Source of the DNA: Opitutia bacterium
GTDB lineage: Bacteria > Verrucomicrobiota > Verrucomicrobiia > Opitutales > T3Sed10-336
Length of the DNA: 64,000 nucleotides
Direction: 5' to 3'
Assembly: GCA_050506795.1 (NCBI GenBank)
Contig: JBJHCF010000001.1
Span: forward strand, 96,001-160,000
Positions 47,523-57,928 of this stretch are shown piece after piece. The translations under genes and the position numbers were made by a program. The notes beneath the pieces were generated by a model. The model did not search any database. It worked only from the letters and a program-made list of their open reading frames with translations, and was not told the origin of the DNA. The first letter of the stretch is position 1. Every line of letters starts with the position of its first letter.

Positions 47523-49916
47523 TTATTCCTCAAGCTCGAATTTCACTTCCGAGCTTTCCAGCCCGGGAGAGGTCAGGCGCACGCTGGCGGAGCCGGCTTC
47601 GCCGAGAGCTTCCGCGTAAACGATCATTCGGCCCCGGTAGGCACGCAAACAATTCCCCTGGTAGTCGCCCATGTCGGCGGGGTTGGCCGCTTCCATTCCC
47701 AGGAGTCGCACAGGGCCTTCCGTTGCGCAGGTGATTGGGGCGTCGGACTCAAACACCGGGCGGCCTTCGCGGTCGATGATCTGAATTTCTATTTGCGCCA
47801 CCCCGCGTTCCGCGGCCACCCGCTTCCTCCAGGCGCGTGCGGCGATGGCGTGCGGCGCGCCGCTGGTTTCAAGGGCGCCGCGGACGGTTTCCCGCTCGTC
47901 GTCGTATCCGATGGCCTCCAGCTTTCCGGGAGCGTACGGAATATCCCAGTACAGGACACCCGTTTCGTCGTCGCGGGTCTTGCGTTCCGCAGCGATTTCT
48001 CCGTTCAACCGCAGTTCGGCCTGTTTGCAGTTGGTGTAAACGGCCACGCGAACGATTTCGCCGGCGCGGTAATTCCATGCCGGGTTGGCATCGATTGACG
48101 GCGGTTCTGCGCCGGCCGGCGCGGGATAGGTGCCGATGAAAATGACGGGGTCGTTTGACCAAAGGCTCTGCCGGAACCAGCCTCGTGGTTTTTTGAACCC
48201 GGCCAGGTCGATCAGGCCGGCGCCGGAACCGCGCGACGGCCAGGGGCGGGCTTCACCGAGATAATCGATCCCGGTCCAGAGAAATTGGCCGAAGATGAAG
48301 GCGTTGTCCCGAGCCGCTTTCCAGTCGGCCATTAAGTGACGGTTCTCGCTGCCGTAGAGCACACGTTTCGGGTAGGTCCGATGGTCCTGTTCGTAGCGGT
48401 CTTCAGTGTAGTTGTAACCCACGACATCCAGCGCGGACGGATAAGCGGTTTCGTTGGACATCACCGGACCGGCCAGGGCGGCCGTCACGGGACGCGACGG
48501 ATCGTGTTTTCGCACCACCGCCGCCAGGCGCTGCGCGATGGCGCCCAGGCGTTCGGCGTGCGGCCGGTCGGGAAGGAATCCGAGTTCATGTTGTTGCCCG
48601 ATGCCTTCTTCATCGAGAATGGGGTGGGAGTAGGGATCGTTTGGGTAATCCACTTCGTTGCCGATGCTCCAAAGGAAAACGCTAGGGTGGTTGCGGTCGC
48701 GCCGGACCATGTCGGCCAGATCGGTTTCCGCCCACTCGCGGAAGAACTCGGCGTGCCCGTCGTATCCGGGCGCGCCCGCGTTCCAGCCCTCGATCCATTT
48801 TTTCTTGGGGAACTCCCACTCGTCGAAAGCCTCGTTAAGCACCAGGAGCCCCATTTCGTCGCACAGGTCGTACAGAACGGGCGCCTGGGGATTGTGGCTG
48901 GTCCGGATGGCGTTGACGCCCATGGTCTTGAGAGTTTCCAGACGTCGAATCCAGACATCGGTGGGAACCGCCGCTCCCAGGCTTCCGGCGTCGTGGTGCA
49001 GGCAGACGCCTTTTACCTTGGTGGGTTCCCCATTGAGAAAAAAGCCGCGGTCGGGGTCAAAACGGAGCTCCCGGATTCCAATCGTGGTGCGGGTCGCGTC
49101 GATGGGTTCTCCGTCGCGCAGGAGGGTGGTCCGCAATTGATAAAGGTTGGGCGAGGCGAGGGACCACCGGGCGGGATCGTCGACTGGGAAAGTCAGGGTG
49201 GAGCGCGATACTTCGCCGCCGGGCGCGATCAAATGGCCCCGGGCGCCGGCCACCAGATTTTGGTGGTCGTCGAAAAGCTCATGCACCACCTCCAGTTCCG
49301 ATTCCCGGCCGGTGGTGTTCATTACGGAGGTCTCTACCTCGATGTCGGCCTGTTCGGGGATGATCCGGGGAGTGGTGACCCGAACGCCCCAGGGGGCGAT
49401 GTGAATGAGCCCGGCGTAAACGAGATAGACGTCGCGATAAATCCCGGAACCCGTGTACCAGCGGGAATCCGCGAACTGGCGGTGATCGACACTGACCGCC
49501 AGCGTGTTTTCCTCGCCGAACCGGAGGTGGGGGCTCAGGTCGTGCAGGTAGGAGACATAGCCGTTCGGACGCATTCCCAGGGATTGGCCATTGATAAACG
49601 TTTCGCCGTTCCGGTAGACCCCTTCAAAGTAAAGGTAAACGCGCCCGTGCCTGCGCTCCTCCGGAATCCACAGGGTCTTGCGGTACCAGCCGATTCCGCC
49701 GGGGAGGTACCCGGTGGCGCTGGCCAAGTCGGCGTTGTAGGGGCCTTCCACAGTCCAGTCGTGCGGCAGATCGAGCCAGCGCCAATCGCGGTCATCGAAA
49801 CCGGATTCCTTGGCGCTTCTGGACCCTTCCCGGCTGAAGCGCCAGTTCTCGTTGATTCGAACCGCCTCCCCGAAGGAGACCGGATGGACCGCACTTTGCC
49901 TGAAAGGAGAAATCAT
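47523..49916 (-). CDS. Glycoside hydrolase family 2 (beta-galactosidase-like)
   Basis: LPHDW, SRWYTGSGIYR, GVCLHHD, IRTSHNP, WSIGNE and WTGIDYLGE. Confidence 0.9.
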   Translation of the reverse strand: MISPFRQSAVHPVSFGEAVRINENWRFSREGSRSAKESGFDDRDWRWLDLPHDWTVEGPYNADLASATGYLPGGIGWYRKTLWIPEERRHGRVYLYFEGVYRNGETFINGQSLGMRPNGYVSYLHDLSPHLRFGEENTLAVSVDHRQFADSRWYTGSGIYRDVYLVYAGLIHIAPWGVRVTTPRIIPEQADIEVETSVMNTTGRESELEVVHELFDDHQNLVAGARGHLIAPGGEVSRSTLTFPVDDPARWSLASPNLYQLRTTLLRDGEPIDATRTTIGIRELRFDPDRGFFLNGEPTKVKGVCLHHDAGSLGAAVPTDVWIRRLETLKTMGVNAIRTSHNPQAPVLYDLCDEMGLLVLNEAFDEWEFPKKKWIEGWNAGAPGYDGHAEFFREWAETDLADMVRRDRNHPSVFLWSIGNEVDYPNDPYSHPILDEEGIGQQHELGFLPDRPHAERLGAIAQRLAAVVRKHDPSRPVTAALAGPVMSNETAYPSALDVVGYNYTEDRYEQDHRTYPKRVLYGSENRHLMADWKAARDNAFIFGQFLWTGIDYLGEARPWPSRGSGAGLIDLAGFKKPRGWFRQSLWSNDPVIFIGTYPAPAGAEPPSIDANPAWNYRAGEIVRVAVYTNCKQAELRLNGEIAAERKTRDDETGVLYWDIPYAPGKLEAIGYDDERETVRGALETSGAPHAIAARAWRKRVAAERGVAQIEIQIIDREGRPVFESDAPITCATEGPVRLLGMEAANPADMGDYQGNCLRAYRGRMIVYAEALGEAGSASVRLTSPGLESSEVKFELEE

Positions 49917-49943
49917 GGAATGGGAAACGGGTTTCCGGTTGGG

Positions 49944-50720
49944 TTACGGGTTGTTCCCACGGAGTTCCTGCACGTAGCGGGAAACCGAGGCGAACAGATT
50001 GCGTCCGAACACCCCAACCGTAAGGAGAATGTTCTGCAGGTCGACATCGGAGAAGGTGATTGGCTGGCCTTCGCGAAAGACCTTTTCGGTTGTCTCCAGG
50101 TCCGCCGGGTTTTTCCAGAGGTCGCCTCCGTTGACTCCCGCTTTGGCCGTTTGCAACTCGAGGGTAAGGGTTCCTTTTTCGTCCAGTTGAGGTTCGCGCA
50201 CGATTCCCTGTTGCTGGGCCAGCACCTGCAGGGCGAATCCCAATGAAACCAGCGAATCCTCCAGGTCGCTCATGAGATGGAAACGTTCTTCCAGCCGATT
50301 GAATTTCTGGTCGAGCGGCATGCGAACAAACTCCTGTTGAGCTTTCTGCGCCTCCTGTTGCGCTTCGGGGGAAAGGCTCCCCTGTTCGGTCTGCGTTTTG
50401 ACCAGGGTCACGAACAAGTGGGTGTTGTTCAGACAGTGGACCGCCAGGTTGAGCGTGTCGCTCAAAAGCTGACGAAGCATCAGGTCGTTGGCGTAGGCCT
50501 GCATCTGCTCGAAATTAAGGTGCAGCCCGGCGGCCGGCATCATGCGCGGCTCCCGAACGCGACGGGCATAAGCTTCCTCGGTCACACTCTCGCGCGAGGC
50601 CAGATTAAAGGCCAGCATATCGAAATGCCGCTGCAGACCGGTGGCGAATTGCTCGGCCATGGTTTTGAGATTGAGTTCCCGGGTCTGTCCCGGGTTCGGC
50701 TGATCAGGTTGGTTGGACAT
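49944..50720 (-). CDS. Hypothetical protein
   Basis: 258-aa ORF with protein-like composition; no motif recognised. Confidence 0.7.
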   Translation of the reverse strand: MSNQPDQPNPGQTRELNLKTMAEQFATGLQRHFDMLAFNLASRESVTEEAYARRVREPRMMPAAGLHLNFEQMQAYANDLMLRQLLSDTLNLAVHCLNNTHLFVTLVKTQTEQGSLSPEAQQEAQKAQQEFVRMPLDQKFNRLEERFHLMSDLEDSLVSLGFALQVLAQQQGIVREPQLDEKGTLTLELQTAKAGVNGGDLWKNPADLETTEKVFREGQPITFSDVDLQNILLTVGVFGRNLFASVSRYVQELRGNNP

Positions 50721-51004
50721 GAAACAAATCGTTCGTGTATTCGACGACACCCGCCGCGCACGCGGCTGCGGGAAAAGGGCAAGTCTTGCAAACCCGGGGT
50801 TCTCCGGCAATCCCGGATTGAACGAACGTATGGCCCGGGCCAATCATGCAGGCTAATGGCTTGACCCCGGGAACAGGTTGCGGACATGTTAGCGGGCGTT
50901 CATTTTCGAGCGGCCGCCCAAGCTGGAACAGGATCCTCCGGCCGTAGTCGTCCTGACTTAATTCGGGAGACGAAACAAACCGATTAGCTGAAAACTCCTG
51001 CACT

Positions 51005-52765
51005 ATGGGAAACCCAAGCACCGAATCCGTCTCAATCGAGGAAAAGCTGGAACAGGATCGTAGACTGATTCTCGAGGCCAAAGGCGCTGGCCAGAAATTC
51101 AAGGCTTTTATGCGGTTGAGCGGTCCGGGTTGGCTCCAGAGCGCCATTACGCTGGGCGGAGGCTCCCTGGCGGGAGGTTTGTTTCTGGGGCACATGGCCG
51201 GCTATTCGGCCATGTGGGTCCAACCGTTGGCGATGCTGATGGGTGTGATTATGCTTTCGGCCATCGGTTACGTGACCCTCTCCACGGGAGAGCGGCCTTT
51301 TGACGCCATCAACCGTCACATCAACCCGGTCCTGGGGTGGGGCTGGATCGTTGCCACCATGCTGGCCAAAATGGTGTGGTGCATGCCCCAGTACGGCCTG
51401 GGGACCGCCGCTTTACAGGAGAATCTGGGTATTCCCGACACCGAAGCCTGGCGCCTGGTCGCCACCTGTATCCTGGCCCTGGTTGCCGGGGTGGTGGTGT
51501 GGTTTTATAACACCGGAAGCAAGGGGATTCAGATCTTTGAGATCATCATCAAGGTGATGGTGGCGATCATCGTTTTGAGTTTTGTCGGGGTCGTGCTGGC
51601 GCTCGCCGTAGCGGGCGATTTGCCCTGGGGCCGGATTTTCACCGGACTGGTGCCCAACTTCGGCCTGCTGTTTTCTCCGGCCGCGACCTTGATGGAGTCC
51701 ATCGAGATGGTTCCGGGAATGGGGGCGCAGTTCTGGACAGATTATGTGGTCGGAGGGCAGCGCGACCGGATGATCACCGTGGCCGCGACGGCGGTCGGGA
51801 TCAATATGACTTTCCTGCTGCCTTACTCGATGCTGGCCCGCAAGTGGGACAAGGATTTTCGCGGGATGGCGATCTTCGACCTGGCGACGGCGTTGTTCCT
51901 GCCCTTTATTGTGGTGACCGCCTGTATCGTCATCGCCGCCACTCACCAATTACACAATCAACCCGCCCCCGGCTTACTGAACGATAGCGAGATCGGCGAA
52001 GAGGTGGTCGTGGCGGATCCTGGAGTGGTCGCTCGTTTCGAGCGGCTCCTGAACAATCGCGTTTTGTGGGAGATGCAAACCGTCGAACCGGAGCTCCACG
52101 CCCAACTGGCGGAGGACCCGGAGGCCCTGGCGGCCGCGATCGCCGAACGCCGGCAGGCACTTCCCGACGAGGACCTGCGATTGGCCGCCATCGTGGTCGA
52201 TCGGGATGCCTGGGACTTGGCCCGCGCCCTCGAGCCCTTGACCGGTTCCCTGGTGGCCCAGTATGTCTTCGGCGCCGGAGTGTTGGGGGTGGCGCTCTCA
52301 ACCCTGGTGATTTTGATGGTGATCAACGGATTCGCTTTCGCGGAAATGTTCGGAAAACCCGGCAGCCTGTTTTACAACCGCCTCGGAGCATTGGTCGTGC
52401 TGGTGATCGGCGCCGTTGGCTCCCTGACTCTGTGGCAGGATGAAGCGCGCTATTTCCTGGTTATTCCCACCAGTGTATTCGGTATGATGCTCGCGCCCAT
52501 CGCTTACCTGGCCTTCTTCGCGATGATGAACAATCCGAAGTTAATGGGATCATACATGCCCACGGGAGCCCGCCGGGTGCGCTGGAATATCCTGATGGGT
52601 CTGGCGGTGGCGTTTGCGGTGATTGCGGCGTGCCTGGCGCTATGGAGCCAGGACCGTCCTTTCCCCGGCACCAATATCGAAACCCGCTTCCTCGGGATCG
52701 GAGTTATCGTCGTCCTGGTCGCGCTGGCGACCGTGATTCACCGCCGCCGCCGGCGGGTTGTTTGA
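51005..52765 (+). CDS. Nramp-like/APC-fold transporter
   Basis: GPGWLQSAITLGGGS, TAVGINMTF and about 11-12 TM helices. Confidence 0.75.
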   Translation: MGNPSTESVSIEEKLEQDRRLILEAKGAGQKFKAFMRLSGPGWLQSAITLGGGSLAGGLFLGHMAGYSAMWVQPLAMLMGVIMLSAIGYVTLSTGERPFDAINRHINPVLGWGWIVATMLAKMVWCMPQYGLGTAALQENLGIPDTEAWRLVATCILALVAGVVVWFYNTGSKGIQIFEIIIKVMVAIIVLSFVGVVLALAVAGDLPWGRIFTGLVPNFGLLFSPAATLMESIEMVPGMGAQFWTDYVVGGQRDRMITVAATAVGINMTFLLPYSMLARKWDKDFRGMAIFDLATALFLPFIVVTACIVIAATHQLHNQPAPGLLNDSEIGEEVVVADPGVVARFERLLNNRVLWEMQTVEPELHAQLAEDPEALAAAIAERRQALPDEDLRLAAIVVDRDAWDLARALEPLTGSLVAQYVFGAGVLGVALSTLVILMVINGFAFAEMFGKPGSLFYNRLGALVVLVIGAVGSLTLWQDEARYFLVIPTSVFGMMLAPIAYLAFFAMMNNPKLMGSYMPTGARRVRWNILMGLAVAFAVIAACLALWSQDRPFPGTNIETRFLGIGVIVVLVALATVIHRRRRRVV

Positions 52766-52863
52766 GGCGCCGTGGCCCGGGTTGCCGGGTTAGCGTCATT
52801 CAACCAGGCTCGCCTTCGTGAGCACTCCCCGGCCCGAGCTTGTTATGGGCGCGACCTCTATTG

Positions 52864-54813
52864 TCACCGTACCACGACCTTGGCGCGGACGTCGGCACCG
52901 GCATTTTGCAGGATGAAGGTAATGAGCGCGGTTCCGGTCCAGCCCGGTGGAGCGTGGCCGGTAACGTCGATTTCGAATTCGGCGCTGTTCGTCACCCGGA
53001 CCACTTCATCGTTTCGTGGACGGGCGCCCCAGGGAACGGTGGCCCAGCGGCGGGGACTGTAGAGCTCGGTGCCATCGTTGTGGGGGCCGTGAAAGAGCAC
53101 GGAATGGGCGTATTGATTGTCGACCTCGTAATCCAGGCGCATTCCCAGCAGACTATTTGCGTCCAGCTTTCGAAGCTCGCCGTCAACCGTTATGGATATC
53201 GAGAGCTTCTCGGGCAGATCCCTGGCGATAACTCCCACCATCGACTGCCCCCATTCTTCTCCGGCCATTCCCAGACGAGCGGTCCAGGTGCGGCGATCGA
53301 AGTCGGCGTAGGACCGCTTTCTCCTGTCCGGGTAGTAGTGCAGGACCCGTAGAGGGACCGCAACTTCCTCCGGAGCGAAATGGATGGGCTCGGTTTGGTC
53401 GTCGGCTTCAATGTAAACGACGCCGCCATCGGGCACATCGCCTGACCAGCTGAAATCCGACATGGCGACCCCTTCGTGCGTTTCGACCGGGACCAGTTCC
53501 TCGTTCGCGGGGTTATCGCCCCAGCTGGCATGGTCCGCGTCGATCCGATAAATCCGGACATCGCCGCTTTCAAACGGCACGTGCTTCAGATCCAGCCTGA
53601 ACGGATGGCCGGCGCCCGACCGGTTCCAGATCACAAGAGCGGCCTTGTGGTCATCCGACGAGGCCATTCCTCCAACACCCGGCGGCCCATCCACCGACAC
53701 CAGGCGTCTGTCCACCGGCATCATATTGTAAATTCTGTACCCGTTGAAGACCGCCTTGCGGTGACCGCTCACGCTGATAATGCCCGACCAGTTGCCTCCG
53801 GCCGTATCCATAAACTGCGCCCAATGCACCTTGGTGAGAGCGGGCTGCGAGATGAAGTAGGCGTAGTCGCTGAGCATTTCCGAAGCCAGGTGGTGTTTTT
53901 GTTGAGGACCGTCTTCGGGATAATTGATGGGAAGGGCGTTGTACTCATTCAGGTGCATCTCGGTGGTCGCCAGTTCCGGACGCAGGTCCAGTTTGTGCCG
54001 CACCATATCGATGACGTCCCGAACATTTCCCGCCTCGTAGGGATTGCCCGGGTAAAAGTGAAACGAAAAGAAATCGAGCGGCAGGCCGTTCTCCGTCACC
54101 CGGTCGAGAAACGGATCCACCCAGGAATCCCTAAAGGCCAGCGCGGGGCCGCCGACTCTGGCATCCGGCGCCACCTCCCTGATGGCCGTCACCGCCCACT
54201 CATACATATCGAGGTAATCCTCTTTTGTGCCCAAAAAGAAATCCGCGTTGTCCGGCTCGTTGTAGATCTCATGGTAACCGTTGAACTCACCGCTCTCGTG
54301 AAGGTGGCGGGCAACGGTTCCAATGACCTCGGCCCAGACGTCGAGATCCGAAGGCGGGTGTCGGAAGTTCTGACCCGGCTGGACGAGATTCTCCGGGACA
54401 TAACTGTAGCTCCAGTACGGCTTGACGTCCTGGGATCTCAGTATTTCCAAAAACTCGTCCACCTGCCGAAAGTCATATTCAATCTCCGGAGGCGTGCCGG
54501 AGATCATCGGCGGATTGTGAAAGATAATGCCCCGAGGCGACCCGAGCCCTCCGTCGAATCTCAAAGAATCCGGGCGGACTTCTCCGAAAAGATGAAGATC
54601 CCGCCGGTAGGCGCCGAGGTACCTCGGAACGTATCCGGAGTTGTAGACGCCGAATTTCGTTTTCACCAGGGGGTAATCGACCCAGGTGCTGAAGTCCGCA
54701 GTGACCTTCACCGGTTGCCTTTCGTTGTGCTCCGGATCCTGCTGTCCGGCAAGCGCTGATGTCGCCGCGAAAGGAGCCAGGGCGAAGGCTGTGATCCACA
54801 GGATCGCGCTCAT
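52864..54813 (-). CDS. Secreted glycoside hydrolase family 39-like
   Basis: Signal peptide, EIYNEPD (acid/base), VGGPA, DFFSFHFY and LNEYN (nucleophile). Confidence 0.8.
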   Translation of the reverse strand: MSAILWITAFALAPFAATSALAGQQDPEHNERQPVKVTADFSTWVDYPLVKTKFGVYNSGYVPRYLGAYRRDLHLFGEVRPDSLRFDGGLGSPRGIIFHNPPMISGTPPEIEYDFRQVDEFLEILRSQDVKPYWSYSYVPENLVQPGQNFRHPPSDLDVWAEVIGTVARHLHESGEFNGYHEIYNEPDNADFFLGTKEDYLDMYEWAVTAIREVAPDARVGGPALAFRDSWVDPFLDRVTENGLPLDFFSFHFYPGNPYEAGNVRDVIDMVRHKLDLRPELATTEMHLNEYNALPINYPEDGPQQKHHLASEMLSDYAYFISQPALTKVHWAQFMDTAGGNWSGIISVSGHRKAVFNGYRIYNMMPVDRRLVSVDGPPGVGGMASSDDHKAALVIWNRSGAGHPFRLDLKHVPFESGDVRIYRIDADHASWGDNPANEELVPVETHEGVAMSDFSWSGDVPDGGVVYIEADDQTEPIHFAPEEVAVPLRVLHYYPDRRKRSYADFDRRTWTARLGMAGEEWGQSMVGVIARDLPEKLSISITVDGELRKLDANSLLGMRLDYEVDNQYAHSVLFHGPHNDGTELYSPRRWATVPWGARPRNDEVVRVTNSAEFEIDVTGHAPPGWTGTALITFILQNAGADVRAKVVVR

Positions 54814-55220
54814 TGCTGCCGTGCCCTCCAGTATTCCCAGCCTCCGGACAGCACGTGAACATTCTCCAACCCCGCTTCGATGCGCAGCCTTTGCGCCACT
54901 TGCTCGCTGTCCAGGCATCGGAGGACACTGCAATACACAACGATCTTGGGCGCGTCGAGTTCGACCAATCGATCAAAGAACTCGCTTATGAGGTCGTCCC
55001 ACTCAAACTCGTTAAGGAGAACGGCGCCCGGAATGTGCCCTGCTTCGTAGGCTTCCCGAGAACGTGTGTCCACCCAGAGGATTTCGGCGTTCCACGCCTC
55101 AACCGTTGCCAGGTTCACGTGGCCCTCGGGGAGAGGCGTGTGCGACCAGGAAGGCGCGCCGGGATGCAGGAGCGCCGTGCCCGCAGCCCCCAAAAGGGGC
55201 AGGAACAAGAGGATCAGCAT
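54810..55220 (-). CDS. Membrane-anchored rhodanese-like protein
   Basis: WVDTR..YEAGHIPGA, VVYCSVLRC and LSGGW. The start may lie upstream; the frame is open to 55328. Confidence 0.8.
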   Translation of the reverse strand: MLILLFLPLLGAAGTALLHPGAPSWSHTPLPEGHVNLATVEAWNAEILWVDTRSREAYEAGHIPGAVLLNEFEWDDLISEFFDRLVELDAPKIVVYCSVLRCLDSEQVAQRLRIEAGLENVHVLSGGWEYWRARQQ

Positions 55221-55428
55221 ATTCCGCAGTGTTCGCGTGTATGCCTCGGGCCACGTTCGAGTAATTCGTTCATCGGACGGATCTACATAACGCACGACGC
55301 CGATCTTACCGGGTCCACCGGAAAACACAAGCGAATGCCGTTATCCGGGCATGACGGAAGCGGGATTCCCGCGCGGAGACAGCCTCCCAGGTTCAGAATG
55401 GAAATAAGGTCTATGATCGTAAGCCGTT

Positions 55429-57837
55429 TTACAAATCCGCCTTCGAAACGCTCCACTCGAAAAGGCCGGAAGAGAAATGGGCGGGGAGTTTGACCTCGAG
55501 GCGGAGGGCATTGGTTGTGATGGGCTGGAAGCTGACTCGGCTCCATTGATCAATGTCGATCGAATAGACTTCGCGCGCGTTCACTGGTATCCATTCGTCA
55601 CCTTCGCGATAAAGAATGCGCCATTCTTCGGGGAGGCGGCAACCGCCTCCGATATTGCGGTCGTCGAACCAGTACACCTGGGATCCGGTGACGGTGGTGG
55701 GCTCGCGGAAATCGTATTGGATCCATTCTGTGGTGTTCTGCTGCGGCCACCAATGGAAAAAGGGAACGGAATGGTCGCCGGAATATCGGGGTTCGAGTTG
55801 ATTGTTCACCGCATCGAGCCCAGACCCTCCGGATGCCGTCACGCGGCTGGTCGAGGCGAGCGTCGGGCTTGGTTGGGGTCGCGCGGATTCGGGCGTTCGT
55901 GCCAGCCAGACCTGCATCGGGCTCGGTCCGCGATGCGCCCATGCATAATAGGGGATCGCCGTAAATGGCACGCTGGCGGCGACCCGGGGCGTTTGGTCCT
56001 GGGAACGGACCACGATCCGGGCTTGTCCGTTGAGAACCTGAACGCCGCCGAGCAATCCGGCGCGAAATTCGCTTTCGAAGGGAGTGTCGTCTTCGATCAT
56101 CAGATCGAGCACGTTGCCGTCGTGGTTGTCGATTCCTTCGGCACAGAAAACAATGGGGCCGCGCTGCAGGGCCACTCTTCCATCGGCAGCGACTACATTT
56201 TCGATTGCTCCGATGCGACGGACCGGCATCGGGAGGTCGAGTTCAACCGTGTCTCCCGCTTTCCATTCACGCTCGATCTGCGCGTATCCATTGACCAGGC
56301 TGATCTCGATGGGCACGTCGTTGACCCGGAGCTGCGGAGCCGCCGGGTCTTCGTCGAGAAAACGATAGAGATCGCCCGCAATCACTTCGCCGCGCGCCCA
56401 GCCGGGGATGCGGAGGTTGAGAGTGAATGGAGTCGTTCGATCGGGGGTGACGGTCAACCTGACGGCGCCGTCCCACGGATAGCGGGTTTCCTGCCGGATC
56501 ACCATCCCTCCGGCATTCGCCTCGATCCGTGCGCTACTTTCCATGAAGAGGTTAATGTAAACGTCATGCCCGGAATGCGCATAAACGAGACCCGGAATGA
56601 GGGGCATGAAACGGACGACGTTCGAGGGGCAGCACGAGCAATCGAACCAGCGTGACCGTTGCGCCCCCCGGAACGACTCGAGGCGGTTCGGGTAGAAAAA
56701 CCGGTCTCCCTCGATGGATACCCCGGAAAGAAGGGCGTTATAGAGGACACGCTCCGCGAGATCCACGTAACGCGCGTCGCCGTGCAAACGGAACATGCGT
56801 TCGTTCCACATCACATGGCCGATTGAACCGCAGGTTTCGCTGTAGGCGGTGAGGTTTGGCAGATCGTAGGGCGGGCCGAAGCCCTCGTTGCCGCCGGACG
56901 ATCCGATACCGCCGGTAACGTACTGTTTTGAACCGGTGGTGTTTTCCCACAGTTGCTGGAGGGCTTGCAGGAAGCCGTCGTTCCCGGTGAGCGCAGCGAC
57001 GTCGGCCATTCCGGAGTATTGGTAAACCGCGCGAACGGAATGACCCACGGCCTCGCTCTGTTCGGCGACCGGCAAGTGGTCCTGAGAGTATTCCCCGAAC
57101 AGTCGGCGACCGAGGGGGTTGCCCCGGGCGTTCAGGAAAGCTTCAGCAAGGTCAAGGTACCTTTGCTCGCCGGTCACACGGTAAAGACGCACGAGCCCCA
57201 TTTCTATCTGCTGGTGTTCGGGGGGATGGTGCAGCGGCCCGTTTACAGGATTGTAATCGAGGGCGACGCGGTCGGCGGCACGGATGGCAACCTCGAGAAG
57301 CGCGCGTTTGCCGGTCATCTGATAATGAACCGCACCGGCTTCGATCAGGTGTCCAATGGAATACAGCTCGTGCCGGTGAGGGTTTTGCCAGCGGTCCTCG
57401 TCCGTGGTCATGGTGATGAAGGGGTGCAGGTACCCGTCCTCTTCCTGAGCGGCGGCGATCGTGGCGATCAGGTCGTCCACATACGCGTCGAGGGCAGGAT
57501 CAGGAGTGGCGGCCAGAATGTACGATGCGGCTTCGATCACTTTGTAGACGTCCGAATCGTTGAAGTGGAATCCCTCGTACTCCCCGCCATCCAGGCCGGC
57601 GGCACGCGCAAAATTCGCGATCCTTCCGGTTTCTTCGCACAACGCGAAGGAATGGGGGAGCGTTATCGTCCGATTGGTTTCGAGCCGGTCCGCCCAAAAA
57701 CCTGGAGCGAGTTCGACATCGGTAAACGGGACGTTCTGAATTGGGTAGTCTGCCCAGGCTTCCTGAATCGGCAGGGCGCAAAGTGCGAGGATCAAAACTG
57801 CCGCGGTCCGGGCCGCGAAGCGCTTACGGTTGATCAT
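55429..57837 (-). CDS. Secreted glycoside hydrolase family 127 (beta-L-arabinofuranosidase-like)
   Basis: DSDVYKVIEA, HELY, GHSVRA, ETC, CSCCPSN and C-terminal discoidin-like domain. Confidence 0.9.
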   Translation of the reverse strand: MINRKRFAARTAAVLILALCALPIQEAWADYPIQNVPFTDVELAPGFWADRLETNRTITLPHSFALCEETGRIANFARAAGLDGGEYEGFHFNDSDVYKVIEAASYILAATPDPALDAYVDDLIATIAAAQEEDGYLHPFITMTTDEDRWQNPHRHELYSIGHLIEAGAVHYQMTGKRALLEVAIRAADRVALDYNPVNGPLHHPPEHQQIEMGLVRLYRVTGEQRYLDLAEAFLNARGNPLGRRLFGEYSQDHLPVAEQSEAVGHSVRAVYQYSGMADVAALTGNDGFLQALQQLWENTTGSKQYVTGGIGSSGGNEGFGPPYDLPNLTAYSETCGSIGHVMWNERMFRLHGDARYVDLAERVLYNALLSGVSIEGDRFFYPNRLESFRGAQRSRWFDCSCCPSNVVRFMPLIPGLVYAHSGHDVYINLFMESSARIEANAGGMVIRQETRYPWDGAVRLTVTPDRTTPFTLNLRIPGWARGEVIAGDLYRFLDEDPAAPQLRVNDVPIEISLVNGYAQIEREWKAGDTVELDLPMPVRRIGAIENVVAADGRVALQRGPIVFCAEGIDNHDGNVLDLMIEDDTPFESEFRAGLLGGVQVLNGQARIVVRSQDQTPRVAASVPFTAIPYYAWAHRGPSPMQVWLARTPESARPQPSPTLASTSRVTASGGSGLDAVNNQLEPRYSGDHSVPFFHWWPQQNTTEWIQYDFREPTTVTGSQVYWFDDRNIGGGCRLPEEWRILYREGDEWIPVNAREVYSIDIDQWSRVSFQPITTNALRLEVKLPAHFSSGLFEWSVSKADL

Positions 57838-57928
57838 AGGGATTCTCCCTTACCATCGGTTCACCTCGCCGGAAAGGAAAAAGAGAAACGCCCGGTTGCC
57901 CGCTTCGACGGAGTAAACGGTATTGCAT

